Below, piece by piece: positions 37,751 through 48,081 of a DNA stretch of 64,000 nucleotides. The notes under the pieces are model-generated. The model saw only the letters and a program-made list of their open reading frames with translations. It searched no databases and was not told the DNA's origin. This stretch comes from Candidatus Cloacimonadales bacterium (GTDB taxonomy: Bacteria; Cloacimonadota; Cloacimonadia; Cloacimonadales; JAFGVF01), in the NCBI GenBank assembly GCA_963677495.2, contig CAXXOU010000002.1, forward strand, positions 256,001-320,000, read 5' to 3'. A program made the position numbers and the translations under genes. How positions within the stretch are numbered: the stretch's first letter is position 1; every line of letters starts with the position of its first letter.

Positions 37751-38982
37751 GTTCCAATATCGCTTCAATACTTTCTAATTTAGCTAATATAAAGCAGTTA
37801 GATGCAAGAGCACTTCAAACAATAATCGCTGAGAGCATTGAGAGTGCTTTGTCTAAGAAGATGGTCCAGGAAAATGAACTAGAAGTAATTGCAGATTTTG
37901 AAAATAATGATTTCTTTGTGCGTCTTAAAAAAATTGTAGTTCTTACTGATAGAAATCTCGGAGAACTTTCTTTAGCAAATGCTAGAGAGATGTATGGTGA
38001 CCATGTAGAATTAGGTGACTGTTATGAGACAGTTATCCCTATCGGTGATTTGGAACCAAAGATAATCAAGATTGCCAGAAAAGCAATCCTTGAGCGTATT
38101 AAAGACTTGGAAGAAGATAGAATACGTTATGACTTTGAGAAGCAAAAGAATACAATTGTTTCAGGTGTTGTAAGACGTATTGACTATAACGGTATCGTTG
38201 TAAATATTGGATATACTGATGCACTTCTTGCTAATGATCAACAGATTGAGGATGAGTATTTCAAAGTTGGTGATGTTATCAGAGCTTACGTTGTGAGTAT
38301 TGCTCAAAAAAGAAGTGGAATTCAGGTTGTACTTTCAAGAACTAATCCTGAGTTTGTACATAAGCTTTTTGAGCTTGAAGTACCTGAGATCTATAAAGGT
38401 GATGTTGAGATCATTAAAATAGTAAGAGAACCTGGAATCAGATCTAAGATTGTTGTTGTATCTCATAAATCGAAGATTGACCCTTATGGAGCCTGCTTAG
38501 GTGAAAAAGGTAATAGAATAGACCAGGTTAGAAAAGAGCTTCATGGTGAACAGATAGATATTATTGTTCACGATGAAAATCCTGAAGAGATGATTGCAAA
38601 TGCTGTTGGTAATGATCTTGTCGAAAGAATTATCGTAGCTGAGCGTGGCAAGTTTGCAAGCGTTATCGTTACAGAACGAAACAAGAATCTTGCTATAGGT
38701 AAAAGTGGTAAGAATGTCAAGCTAGCAGCTAAACTTACAGGTTTTAAACTTGATATCTTCACTTTCGAAGAGTATGAAGGAAAACTTTCAGCTGAAAGAC
38801 GTATTACTAGCTACGTTACTGAACTTGATGGTGTTACTGATAAGATTGGAACTATCCTTCGTGAGCATGGTTACACTGCTGTACAGGATATTTATAATGC
38901 ATCAGTTGATGAACTTTGCAGACTGGAAGGAATTGGAGAGAAAACAGCTGAGAAGTTGATTGAAGCTGCTCAGTCATTCTAA
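37747..38982 (+). CDS. nusA: Transcription termination/antitermination factor NusA
   Basis: S1 and KH domains (LSRTNPEFVHKLFELEVPEI, REPGIRSKI, GACLGEKGNRI, AIGKSGKNVKLAAKLTG) plus a C-terminal HhH. Confidence 0.97.
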   Translation: MSSNIASILSNLANIKQLDARALQTIIAESIESALSKKMVQENELEVIADFENNDFFVRLKKIVVLTDRNLGELSLANAREMYGDHVELGDCYETVIPIGDLEPKIIKIARKAILERIKDLEEDRIRYDFEKQKNTIVSGVVRRIDYNGIVVNIGYTDALLANDQQIEDEYFKVGDVIRAYVVSIAQKRSGIQVVLSRTNPEFVHKLFELEVPEIYKGDVEIIKIVREPGIRSKIVVVSHKSKIDPYGACLGEKGNRIDQVRKELHGEQIDIIVHDENPEEMIANAVGNDLVERIIVAERGKFASVIVTERNKNLAIGKSGKNVKLAAKLTGFKLDIFTFEEYEGKLSAERRITSYVTELDGVTDKIGTILREHGYTAVQDIYNASVDELCRLEGIGEKTAEKLIEAAQSF

Positions 38983-39230
38983 TGCCAAATAAGTCTTCCC
39001 ATGCAGGTCATATTGCCGAACGCAGCTGTGTTATCTGCAGAAAGAAAAGTGATAAGAGTGAATTACTGAGGTTTGCCTCAGTAGATGGAATTCAGGTCTT
39101 TGATCTGAAGAATAGAATACAAGGACGTGGGTTTTATATCTGCAATGATAGTGATTGCCTGCAACGTCTTGATAGATGGATAAAAAAGAAGAGACCATGG
39201 TTAATAAAGAAGCGACTCAGAACAAGATAA
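38982..39230 (+). CDS. ylxR: YlxR/RnpM (DUF448) RNA-binding protein
   Basis: ERSCVICRKK..K.ELLRF, GRGFYIC...C. Position after nusA. Confidence 0.88.
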   Translation: MPNKSSHAGHIAERSCVICRKKSDKSELLRFASVDGIQVFDLKNRIQGRGFYICNDSDCLQRLDRWIKKKRPWLIKKRLRTR

Positions 39231-39523
39231 AGAGCTTGTTGCAATTTGCCAGGAAAGCCGGAGTAGTCCAGATAGGCTTTGATGCATCAGTGAGATGCTG
39301 TTTGAAAGGCAAGTGTGAGTTGATAATGTATGCCGAAGATTTAGCTGAGAATAGCTGTAAAAGACTATTAAGAGTCATTGATGAAACCGGTGTGCCAGCT
39401 TTTGAAGTTTTAACCAAGAAAGATATGAGTGAATTGTTTGACCGCCAGGAGATTGGTATAATTAGTGTCAATGATGTGAACTTTGCTAATGGATTGAAGA
39501 AGCATCTGAAGTCCATTGTATAA
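39197..39523 (+). CDS. L7Ae/YlxQ-family RNA-binding protein
   Basis: SLLQFARKAG, AEDLAENS. Position between ylxR and infB. Confidence 0.85.
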   Translation: MVNKEATQNKIKSLLQFARKAGVVQIGFDASVRCCLKGKCELIMYAEDLAENSCKRLLRVIDETGVPAFEVLTKKDMSELFDRQEIGIISVNDVNFANGLKKHLKSIV

Positions 39524-39544
39524 AATTTAATATTGGAGGATGTT

Positions 39545-42500
39545 GTGCCATCCAGAGTACATGAACTTGCAAAAGAACTAAAGATTTCAACAACTGCTCT
39601 TAAGAAGCATTTGGCTGATGTTGGGGTGAAAGTTAAAAGCCACATGAGTGTTGTTGAAGATGATGTTGCCGTTAAAATTAGAAAGATGTTTGATGATCAG
39701 GTTAAAGCAGTAAAAATGATGGAAACTGATCGAAGAAGATTGCACACTCCTCGTCCGAAAAGTACTGAATCTCCTAAAGTTGAAGCTAAGGTTGAAAAGG
39801 AAGCTCCAAGACAGGAGAAACCTGCTGTTTCTAAACAGGAAGAGCCTAAGAAACAGGAAGCAAAACCCCAGCCAAAGAAACAGGAACCCCCAAAACAGGA
39901 CAAACCGGCTTATCTTCAAAACTTCGGTGCTCAGAGTAGAAACACTGAACAAAGAGGTGGAAGAGACGACCAGCGTCGTGAAAGACAGCCACGTGATAAT
40001 CGTGGTGGTTATCAAGGTCGGGATGGACAGAATCGTGATAATAGAGGTTACCAACCAAGAGATAACCGTGGTGGTTATCAAGGCCGTGACGGACAGAATC
40101 GCGATAATAGAGGTTACCAACCAAGAGATAATCGTGGTGGGTACCAAGGTCGTGACGGTCAGAATCGTGATAATAGAGGTTACCAACCAAGAGATAATCG
40201 TGGTGGTTATCAGGGTCGGGATGGACAGAACCGCGATAATAGAGGTTACCAACCAAGAGATAACCGAGGAGGTTATCAGGGTCGTGATGGACAGAATCGC
40301 GATAATAGAGGTTACCAACAGAGAGATAATCGTGGTGGTTATCAGGGTCGTGATGGACAGAATCGTGATAATAGAGGTTACCAACCAAGAGATAACCGAG
40401 GTGGCTATCAGGGCCGTGATGGACAAAATCGTGATAATAGAGGTTACCAACCAAGAGATAACCGAGGTGGCTATCAGGGCCGTGATGGACAAAATCGTGA
40501 TAATAGAGGTTACCAACCAAGAGATAATCGTGGTGGTTACCAGGGACGTAGTGATAGACCTCAAGGACAACGTCCACCACGTGACAACAGACCAGGAGCT
40601 CCTCGTACCAATAAAACGGATCAAGATGTTAAGAAACTTGTAACAACTCCGATTATCAATAAGAGATTTGATAAGAAAAAGAAAGCTGATGATTATGGAG
40701 ATCAGAGCCGTCACATCAAAGCTAAGCAGAAGTCAATGAAGAAGAAAGGCGCAAAGTATAGCGTTGTTGATGTTGATGAAGCAGCAAGAACTATTAAATC
40801 TACACTTTCTAAAAAGAAAAAGAAAAAATATGAGAAGAGAACTCAGTCTACTGATCATTTAAAAGATAGAGATATTACAGTTAGCGAATTCACATCTGTG
40901 AATGAACTTGCGAAGCTCATGGATATTAATCCATCTGATATTATAGCAAAATTCTTCCTTATGGGTAAGATGGTTACAATTAACCAGAGACTTGATAAGG
41001 AATCATTAGAGCTTATCTGTGACGAGTTTGAAGTTACATTCACATTCGCAGATGAGTTTGGTACAGAAATCCTTTCAACAGATGAAGAGGAATTCGAGAA
41101 TGCAGAAGATGTATCAAGACCACCGATTGTTACAATTATGGGTCACGTTGATCATGGTAAAACATCGATTCTTGACTACATAAGAAGTACTAAAGTTGTA
41201 GCCGGAGAATCAGGTGGAATCACTCAGCATATTGGTGCATACCAGATTGAACATGAAGGTTCTAAGATTACATTCTTGGATACACCTGGTCATGCTGCTT
41301 TCACAGCTATGAGAGCTCGTGGTGCTCAGTTAACAGATATCGCTGTTATTGTTGTTGCGGCTAATGATGGTGTGATGCCTCAAACTAAAGAAGCTATTGA
41401 CCATGCTAAAGCTGCCGGTGTTGATATGATTATTGCAATCAATAAGGTTGACCTTCCTGAAGCCAATGTAGATAGAACTATATCCGGATTACTTGAGAAT
41501 GGTGTATATCTTGAAAACTATGGTGGTGAAGTACCATGGTGTGAGTGTTCAGCTAAAACCGGTGAAGGTATTGATGATCTTCTAGAGCTTATGACTCTTA
41601 GTGCAGAGATGCAGGAATTAACTGCTAAAGAAGAAGTACCTGCTGTTGGTGCTGTTATTGAAGCAAGAATGGATAGCCGAATGGGTACTGTGGTTACTAT
41701 AATTAACCAGAACGGTATCCTCAGAAAAGGTGACTCTATCGTTTGTGGTGCTACACATGGTAGACTAAAGAAGATGGAGAACGAACGTGGTGTTGAAATC
41801 ATGGAGTTATTCCCATCTGATGTTGCTAGAGTTTACGGTATAAATGATGTACCTAAAGCCGGTGACGTATATAACTATGCTGAGAATGATAAACTTGCAC
41901 GTTCAATCAGTAGTGAACGTCTTCAAAGACGTCTTGAGCGTGAGAAATATAACTCTACAGCTAATCTTGATAACCTGTTCCAAAAGATTAAACAGAATGA
42001 GATTCAAGGTCTTAATCTTATCGTAAAAGCAGATACTGACGGATCAGTAGAAGCTATTTGTGACTCATTTATGAAACTATCTAATGAAGAGGTTAAAGTA
42101 AACATCGTACGTAAAGGTGTTGGTGGTATCACAGAAGCTGACGTAACACTTGCTTCTGCTTCAAGTGCAATTATCATAGGGTTCCACGTTAGATCAAATC
42201 CTCAAGCTCGTAAGCTGGCTGAAGATGAGAAGATTGAGATTAAAATCTATCACATCATCTATGATGCTATAAATGACATAAAACTTGCGATGGAAGGTAT
42301 GCTTAAACCTGAATTTGCAGAGAAAGTTACCGGTACAGCTAGAGTAAAACAGCTCTTCAAAGTTAAGAAGATTGGTACAATTGCCGGTTGTTATGTTGAG
42401 AGTGGAAGAATCGTTAAAGAAGCCCATGCTATCAGACTTTATAGAGATGATAAGCTTATTCATCAGGGTGGACTTGCATCACTTAAGCATTTTGCTAATG

Positions 42501-42628
42501 ATGTTAAAGAGGTCAAGGCCGGTACTGATTGTGGTATAGCATTCGAAAACTTTAACGATATCAAAGAAGGCGATATCCTAGAAACATTCGTTCTTGTATC
42601 AGTTGAAAGGAAGTTAGAAGATGTCTAA
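39545..42628 (+). CDS. infB: Translation initiation factor IF-2
   Basis: RVHELAKEL, RPPIVTIMGHVDHGKTS, GGITQHIGAY, DTPGHAAF, NKVD. GTG start after GGAGGA. Confidence 0.98.
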   Translation: MPSRVHELAKELKISTTALKKHLADVGVKVKSHMSVVEDDVAVKIRKMFDDQVKAVKMMETDRRRLHTPRPKSTESPKVEAKVEKEAPRQEKPAVSKQEEPKKQEAKPQPKKQEPPKQDKPAYLQNFGAQSRNTEQRGGRDDQRRERQPRDNRGGYQGRDGQNRDNRGYQPRDNRGGYQGRDGQNRDNRGYQPRDNRGGYQGRDGQNRDNRGYQPRDNRGGYQGRDGQNRDNRGYQPRDNRGGYQGRDGQNRDNRGYQQRDNRGGYQGRDGQNRDNRGYQPRDNRGGYQGRDGQNRDNRGYQPRDNRGGYQGRDGQNRDNRGYQPRDNRGGYQGRSDRPQGQRPPRDNRPGAPRTNKTDQDVKKLVTTPIINKRFDKKKKADDYGDQSRHIKAKQKSMKKKGAKYSVVDVDEAARTIKSTLSKKKKKKYEKRTQSTDHLKDRDITVSEFTSVNELAKLMDINPSDIIAKFFLMGKMVTINQRLDKESLELICDEFEVTFTFADEFGTEILSTDEEEFENAEDVSRPPIVTIMGHVDHGKTSILDYIRSTKVVAGESGGITQHIGAYQIEHEGSKITFLDTPGHAAFTAMRARGAQLTDIAVIVVAANDGVMPQTKEAIDHAKAAGVDMIIAINKVDLPEANVDRTISGLLENGVYLENYGGEVPWCECSAKTGEGIDDLLELMTLSAEMQELTAKEEVPAVGAVIEARMDSRMGTVVTIINQNGILRKGDSIVCGATHGRLKKMENERGVEIMELFPSDVARVYGINDVPKAGDVYNYAENDKLARSISSERLQRRLEREKYNSTANLDNLFQKIKQNEIQGLNLIVKADTDGSVEAICDSFMKLSNEEVKVNIVRKGVGGITEADVTLASASSAIIIGFHVRSNPQARKLAEDEKIEIKIYHIIYDAINDIKLAMEGMLKPEFAEKVTGTARVKQLFKVKKIGTIAGCYVESGRIVKEAHAIRLYRDDKLIHQGGLASLKHFANDVKEVKAGTDCGIAFENFNDIKEGDILETFVLVSVERKLEDV
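39986..40549 (+). repeat. 66-bp coding tandem repeat in infB (8 full units plus 12 aa)
   Basis: QPRDNRGGYQGRDGQNRDNRGY x8 (one P>Q change), with synonymous differences among the DNA units. Confidence 0.97.
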
Positions 42629-43091
42629 TTTCAAGATCCCAAGACTTGAAAAAGAACTATATAAGCTGATAATAAATACTTTACGTTTCAAAGTAAGAGA
42701 TCCCATATTCTCCACTGTTCAGATTACAGAAGTGAAACTTACTCCGGATCTGAGATATTTGAGAGTGTATTATTACTTTGAGAATGGAAAGAAGATAAAG
42801 AAGATGGAAGAAAAGCTGAGAAAGGTTTCCGGCTTTATAAAAAAACAGATTGCAGGAGCAGGAATTATGAGAATAATACCGGACATACGCTACCATTATG
42901 ATGAAACAGAGGAGAAAGCAAACCGTATTAACAAGTTGCTTTCATCTGTTAGAGATGATAGTTATGATGACAGTTCCAGTAGCTTCAATATGGACGAGTT
43001 TCTTCTTGAAGATGAGTACGAACCAGAGTCTTTTGGTGAGTACGATAAAGATATCGAAGAACTCTTCGAAGATATTGATGAAAAGAAATAA
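42621..43091 (+). CDS. rbfA: Ribosome-binding factor A with an acidic C-terminal extension
   Basis: VRDP, ITEVKLTPDLRYLRVY, GFIKKQIA, MRIIPDIRYHYD. Confidence 0.93.
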   Translation: MSNFKIPRLEKELYKLIINTLRFKVRDPIFSTVQITEVKLTPDLRYLRVYYYFENGKKIKKMEEKLRKVSGFIKKQIAGAGIMRIIPDIRYHYDETEEKANRINKLLSSVRDDSYDDSSSSFNMDEFLLEDEYEPESFGEYDKDIEELFEDIDEKK

Positions 43092-43111
43092 TCTTAAATC
43101 AAAAGAGGGTC

Positions 43112-43140
43112 AGGGAGTATTTTAAATACTCCCTTTTTCT
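43112..43140 (+). terminator. Intrinsic terminator between rbfA and the DHH gene
   Basis: AGGGAGTATT-TTA-AATACTCCCT then TTTTCT. Confidence 0.7.
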
Positions 43141-43144
43141 AAAT

Positions 43145-44140
43145 ATGAATGAGTTTAAAAAGAATTTACTTAACGCAATAGAGCGTCACGAAAATATATG
43201 CCTGTTAACGCATCATGAACCTGATGGTGATGGGCTTCCGGCTACACTTGCACTTAGAAGAATCTTTTCTACTATGGGAAAAGATGTAAAACTTATACTT
43301 GAAGAACAAGCTCCTGACCAGTTTGACTATCTTAATGCAAAAGAGCACTCATTAGTTGTTGATGAATCTATGCATTTTGACTTGGTAATCGTTGTTGATT
43401 GTCATGAGCAGAAAAGATTAGGAACCACAGGTTTTATCGCACAAAACGCTAACGAATGCTTCGTTATCGATCATCATGTTGTTAAAGACGGTGTGATCGA
43501 TGGAGCAGAAGCTTTTGTTGATACAGAGATTGCCTGTGTTGGAATCATCATTTTCCACATGTTTATGGACGAAATGAGAGTATTATCAAAAACTGATGCT
43601 CTTTATTGTGCTGAGTGTTTTTATACAACTATCCTAAATGATACAAACAGCTTCATGAATGCTAATACAGATGCTTTTACACTTCGCTCAGCTGCTGAAC
43701 TTGAAGATTTTGGAGTTACATACTTTGATATCACTGAGAAGTTCTTCTATAACGACCCCTGGAGAAAGCTTAAATTAGTTGGTAACACTATGTCCACTCT
43801 TGAACCTCATTTCCACGAGAATGTTCTGTTTTTACACACAGAAGAACAGATGGTTCTTGATTGTGAGATTGGTTATGAGTACCTAACTAAAGTGATTTCA
43901 TGGGTTCGGAGTGCTAAGGATATTCTCATGATTGTATACTTTAAAGAAACAGCGAGAACGGATATCAAGCTTAGCTTCAGATCAAAAACAATCAATGTTG
44001 CTAAGATTGCTGCCGATTTCGATGGCGGGGGGCATGTTCAAGCTGCCGGAGGTGTGATTCATGACACACTTGATAATGCAAAACAATTGGTGATTAATCG
44101 TTTAAAGGAATGTGATGAACTTCGGGATCTTGCTGATTGA
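43145..44140 (+). CDS. nrnA: DHH/DHHA1 phosphoesterase (NrnA-like nanoRNase/pAp phosphatase)
   Basis: THHEPDGDG, VVD, VIDHH, DTNSF, SFRS, GGGHVQAAG. Confidence 0.88.
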   Translation: MNEFKKNLLNAIERHENICLLTHHEPDGDGLPATLALRRIFSTMGKDVKLILEEQAPDQFDYLNAKEHSLVVDESMHFDLVIVVDCHEQKRLGTTGFIAQNANECFVIDHHVVKDGVIDGAEAFVDTEIACVGIIIFHMFMDEMRVLSKTDALYCAECFYTTILNDTNSFMNANTDAFTLRSAAELEDFGVTYFDITEKFFYNDPWRKLKLVGNTMSTLEPHFHENVLFLHTEEQMVLDCEIGYEYLTKVISWVRSAKDILMIVYFKETARTDIKLSFRSKTINVAKIAADFDGGGHVQAAGGVIHDTLDNAKQLVINRLKECDELRDLAD

Positions 44141-45011
44141 TAAACCTAAAGATAGGACATCCTTCTCTGTAGTTGCTCAGATTAGAAGAATTACCGGAAT
44201 CAAGAAAGTAGGTCATACCGGTACTTTAGATCCATTTGCTACAGGTTTGCTTCCTATCTGTATCGGAAAAGCTACCAAACTTGTAGATAAACTTCTTCTG
44301 GACTCGAAGACATATAAAGTCAAAATGAGGTTTGGTGAGCAGACAGATACAGGAGATAATACTGGTGAAGTTAAAGTTATCGGTGATATTCCAAAATCAA
44401 TAGATGCGGAAGAACTAAGAAAATTTGTTTTGAGCATTGTTTCTCAAATCCCACCGAAGTATTCAGCTCTAAAAGTTAATGGAAGACGAGCATATAAACT
44501 TGCTAGAGAGAATCAAGATTTTGAGCTAAAACCACGCAAAATATCAATTGAATCTTGCGATATTGTTGAGTATGTAGCTCCCTATCTAACATATAGAGTA
44601 AGAGTCAGCAAAGGTACATATATTCGTGTCCTTTCAGAATCTATTGCAAACTATCTTAACACGGTAGGTGTGACTGAAGAACTTTGTCGGGAAGAGATTA
44701 GTGATTTTCATCTATCATCTGCGATTGAACTTGAATCTCTTACAGCAGAAAACTGGCATGAGCATGTTTTACCTGTTACCACCCTCTTTCCTGATAAGAG
44801 TATAATTCAGCTGAATGATAATGAAGTACTTGACTATGTTAATGGTCGTCGTTTCTCTATTGAAAGAGAAAATGGTGAAGAGGAACTGGTTTTTGATACT
44901 AATGGTAAGTTTCTTGGATTTTGCAATGTTGTAGAGAAAATGCTTCATCCTAAAATGGTGTTTGCAGATCAGACAGAATACATTACTATGGATAAAGAAT
45001 GCAAAGAATAA
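44115..45011 (+). CDS. truB: tRNA pseudouridine(55) synthase
   Basis: LIDKP, KKVGHTGTLDPFATGLL, PPKYSALKVNGRRAYKLAR, SKGTYIR. Confidence 0.97.
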   Translation: MNFGILLIDKPKDRTSFSVVAQIRRITGIKKVGHTGTLDPFATGLLPICIGKATKLVDKLLLDSKTYKVKMRFGEQTDTGDNTGEVKVIGDIPKSIDAEELRKFVLSIVSQIPPKYSALKVNGRRAYKLARENQDFELKPRKISIESCDIVEYVAPYLTYRVRVSKGTYIRVLSESIANYLNTVGVTEELCREEISDFHLSSAIELESLTAENWHEHVLPVTTLFPDKSIIQLNDNEVLDYVNGRRFSIERENGEEELVFDTNGKFLGFCNVVEKMLHPKMVFADQTEYITMDKECKE

Positions 45012-45949
45012 ATGAAATTGAAAAGAATAAAACAGTTATAACTATTGGCAACTTTGATGGTGTCCATAGAGGGCACTTAAGGTTAGTAGATAAAGTTGTA
45101 GAAAGAGCATCTATACTCAATGCCATGAGTGTTGTTCTAACCTTCGATATGCATCCGTATCATCTGCTCTATCCGGAGATGAAGCCCTATCTTCTAACTT
45201 CTAATGAAAAGAGAGAAGAGTTAGTTAAACTACATGGTATAGATTATGTTTGTGCAATGGAGTTTAGTGAAGATCTAGCCCAAATGTCTGCTGAGGAATT
45301 TCTTATAAATATACTTCTCAAAAAACTCAATGCCGTTGAGGTAGTGATAGGTTATGATGCTAGATTCGGACATAATAGAGAGGGTGACTATCAATTCCTT
45401 AAGAATAGGGAAGAGCAATATGGGTATAAAACTATCTATGTAGATTCACTTAAACTTGGTGATGAAGTTGTCAGTAGTACTACAATTCGGGATTCAATTC
45501 GGATCGGTAATCTGGAGAAAGCTACAGACCTTTTAGGATATTTCTATCATTACAAAGGTGTTGTGGTCCATGGTAAGAAGATTGGGCATAAGATAAGTTT
45601 CCCAACCTTGAATATTGAACCTCTCACTTTACATCAACTCATCCCCGCAACAGGTATTTATTTAACTGGTTGTGTCATTGATGGTGAGCATTTTTGGGGT
45701 GTTACTAATGTTGGATATAGTCCTACTATTAAGACAGAACAGATGCTTGAAGTTGAGATGTTTGTTTTTGATTTTGACAAAAATGTGTACGATAAGACAC
45801 TTGAAATTGAGTTCTATTCACGAATAAGAGAGGAAGAAAAATTTGCTTCTATTGATGATCTTGTGAAGCAGATAGGACTTGATGTGGAGAAGGCTAAATC
45901 TATGATTCCTCTCTATGAGAACCATATATATAGGAGACAAAATGGATAA
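44999..45949 (+). CDS. ribF: Bifunctional riboflavin kinase/FAD synthetase
   Basis: TIGNFDGVHRGH, VSSTTIR, GKKIGHKISFPTLN, NVGYSPT, RIREEEKF. Confidence 0.96.
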   Translation: MQRINEIEKNKTVITIGNFDGVHRGHLRLVDKVVERASILNAMSVVLTFDMHPYHLLYPEMKPYLLTSNEKREELVKLHGIDYVCAMEFSEDLAQMSAEEFLINILLKKLNAVEVVIGYDARFGHNREGDYQFLKNREEQYGYKTIYVDSLKLGDEVVSSTTIRDSIRIGNLEKATDLLGYFYHYKGVVVHGKKIGHKISFPTLNIEPLTLHQLIPATGIYLTGCVIDGEHFWGVTNVGYSPTIKTEQMLEVEMFVFDFDKNVYDKTLEIEFYSRIREEEKFASIDDLVKQIGLDVEKAKSMIPLYENHIYRRQNG

Positions 45950-46883
45950 GTTATTTATAGAAGAATTAAAGTATCATGAAGGTGAAGAGATAATCAGCTA
46001 CTTCCTTTGCACAGAGAAAGAACTAAGAGATGGACAATCAAGCCAATTTTTAAGACTGTCACTAGCAGATAAGTCAGGCAAAATAGTTGCTTATGTTTGG
46101 GGTAATGCAAAGACCGTTTCTCAGGAGTTCGCGGAAGGTGATATTATTAAAGTGCAAGGTAAAGTGCATAGATATAAAAATCAGCTTCAAATTAAAGTTG
46201 ATAAACTCAGACTTGCTGATGAGACAGAAGTCAATTTAGCTGATATGCTTCCTACAACAAAGAAAGACCTTCGTTTACTTGCAGAGAAGTTCTTCCGTTT
46301 TGTTGATTCTATCGAGAATGAGTATCTATCTAAAATGCTTCAGATTATCTTTGACGATAAGGAGATATTTACCAAGTTCTCTCGTTGTCCTGCAGCTAAA
46401 TCATGGCATCATAACTATATAGGTGGTCTTTTAGAGCATACAGTTTCTGTAGCTGACCTTTGTGATCATGCATCAGAGATGTATCCAGTTGACCGAGACC
46501 TACTTCTCACAGGTGCTATGCTTCATGATCTTGGAAAGATATATGAATATGAACAACTTCCAAAAGTTGAGTTTACTGATATTGGAAGACTTATCGGGCA
46601 TTTAGCACTTGGTGATGAAATCGTTTACAAGACTGCTGCAAAGATAAATAACTTCCCGGATAACCTTCTGATGAAGCTACGTCACCTCATTCTTGCTCAC
46701 CATGGCTTGTATGAGAATGCTTCTGTGCGTTTACCGCAAACCCTTGAAGCTGTGTTATTGCACCAATGCGATAATCTTGATGCCCAAACTGTGGGAGTCA
46801 AACAGACTATCGAAGCTTCCGCTGAAGATGCTGAATGGTCTGAGTTCGATAGACTTAATTCCAGATATTATTACAAAGGTTAG
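45942..46883 (+). CDS. yhaM: OB-fold plus HD-domain 3'-5' exoribonuclease (YhaM/Cbf1 family)
   Basis: LADKSG, PAAKSWHHNYIGGLLEH, LHDLGK, GRLIGH, HLILAHHG, DNLDA. Confidence 0.88.
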   Translation: MDKLFIEELKYHEGEEIISYFLCTEKELRDGQSSQFLRLSLADKSGKIVAYVWGNAKTVSQEFAEGDIIKVQGKVHRYKNQLQIKVDKLRLADETEVNLADMLPTTKKDLRLLAEKFFRFVDSIENEYLSKMLQIIFDDKEIFTKFSRCPAAKSWHHNYIGGLLEHTVSVADLCDHASEMYPVDRDLLLTGAMLHDLGKIYEYEQLPKVEFTDIGRLIGHLALGDEIVYKTAAKINNFPDNLLMKLRHLILAHHGLYENASVRLPQTLEAVLLHQCDNLDAQTVGVKQTIEASAEDAEWSEFDRLNSRYYYKG

Positions 46884-46884
46884 A

Positions 46885-47670
46885 ATGTTTCAAACCTCTG
46901 TTCTTGCCAGCGGTTCCAAGGGGAACTGCGTTGTTGTGCGTAGTGAGAAAGCCAAAATCCTTATTGATGCCGGGTTGAGTGGTATAAAAATCTGGACTGC
47001 GATGGATGAGATTGGTCTCACTAAAGATAAAATCAAAGCACTCTTTATAACTCATGACCATTCTGACCATATCAAAGGTGCTGGTATCGTTGCCAGAAAA
47101 CTCAACATCCCTCTTTATATGACTGAAGAGACTTTTGCCAGAGCGAAGAAGAAACTTGGTAAGATTGATAACCATATCCATCACTTCGAAGTAGGGGAGA
47201 GCATCCATATTGATGACCTTATCATTGAGTCATTCCCATCTTCTCATGATGCTGTAGATAGCTGTAACTTCGTTGTGAGACAAAATGCTAATGACTTAGC
47301 AAAGCTGGCAGTTTGTACTGATTTAGGTTATTCCACACGTGTGACTCTGAACAGAATTGCCGGAGCTACGACTCTTATCCTTGAATCTAATCATGATGAA
47401 ATTATGCTCCTCAATGGTCCCTATCCCTGGGAACTGAAACAGAGAGTTCGAAGCAACAAAGGTCATCTTTCCAATAAGCAGGCTGTTGGTGTGATTAACA
47501 GCATTTTGCATAAAGACCTAAAGAACATTATCCTTGCTCATCTCTCTGAAGAGAACAACACCCCTATACTTGCAGAGAAAACCTCACGTGACTATCTGGA
47601 TTCAGTCAGATACGAAGGTAACCTTTTCGTAGCCGGACAATACAACCCCCTTCCACTTATAGATATTTAG
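46885..47670 (+). CDS. MBL-fold metallo-hydrolase (YycJ/WalJ-like)
   Basis: LASGSKGN, LIDAG, THDHSDHIKG, SHDA, TDLG, ESNHD, GHLSN, AHLSEENN. Confidence 0.9.
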   Translation: MFQTSVLASGSKGNCVVVRSEKAKILIDAGLSGIKIWTAMDEIGLTKDKIKALFITHDHSDHIKGAGIVARKLNIPLYMTEETFARAKKKLGKIDNHIHHFEVGESIHIDDLIIESFPSSHDAVDSCNFVVRQNANDLAKLAVCTDLGYSTRVTLNRIAGATTLILESNHDEIMLLNGPYPWELKQRVRSNKGHLSNKQAVGVINSILHKDLKNIILAHLSEENNTPILAEKTSRDYLDSVRYEGNLFVAGQYNPLPLIDI

Positions 47671-48081
47671 AGTTATATACCGGGAACGCGGACATCCTGT
47701 CTGCTGTAAAACGACTCTCCGGGTCGTTTATTCCCCTCTCACAGAGGGGTGGCGTGAAACGACGGGGTGTTGAAACTTCGGTCGAGACAACTAATCTACT
47801 ACGACCGTATTTTCTTTTGTACTGCAACTCCCCTGAGTTGCTGTGACGACGAAGTCGGCAATATTTTATGGCAATCCAGTTAATTTTAGTTTCACTCCTC
47901 TGTAACACTACCAAACCCTTTCCCCATCTAACCCTATCACTTTCGAGTCCAAGTCCTATTATCTGATAACAACATTTGAATAGGGTTTCAATAGGTGTCT
48001 CTCACCTGAGTATTAACAATTGCAGCAGAGCAATCAATGCAGTATGAACCTGCTAACACATCCAATCCTATGCAGTCTCTA

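Noticed and set aside
39587..40714. Long alternative-frame and antisense ORFs over infB (375, 287 and 244 aa)
   Set aside because: By-products of the stop-free 66-bp tandem repeat.
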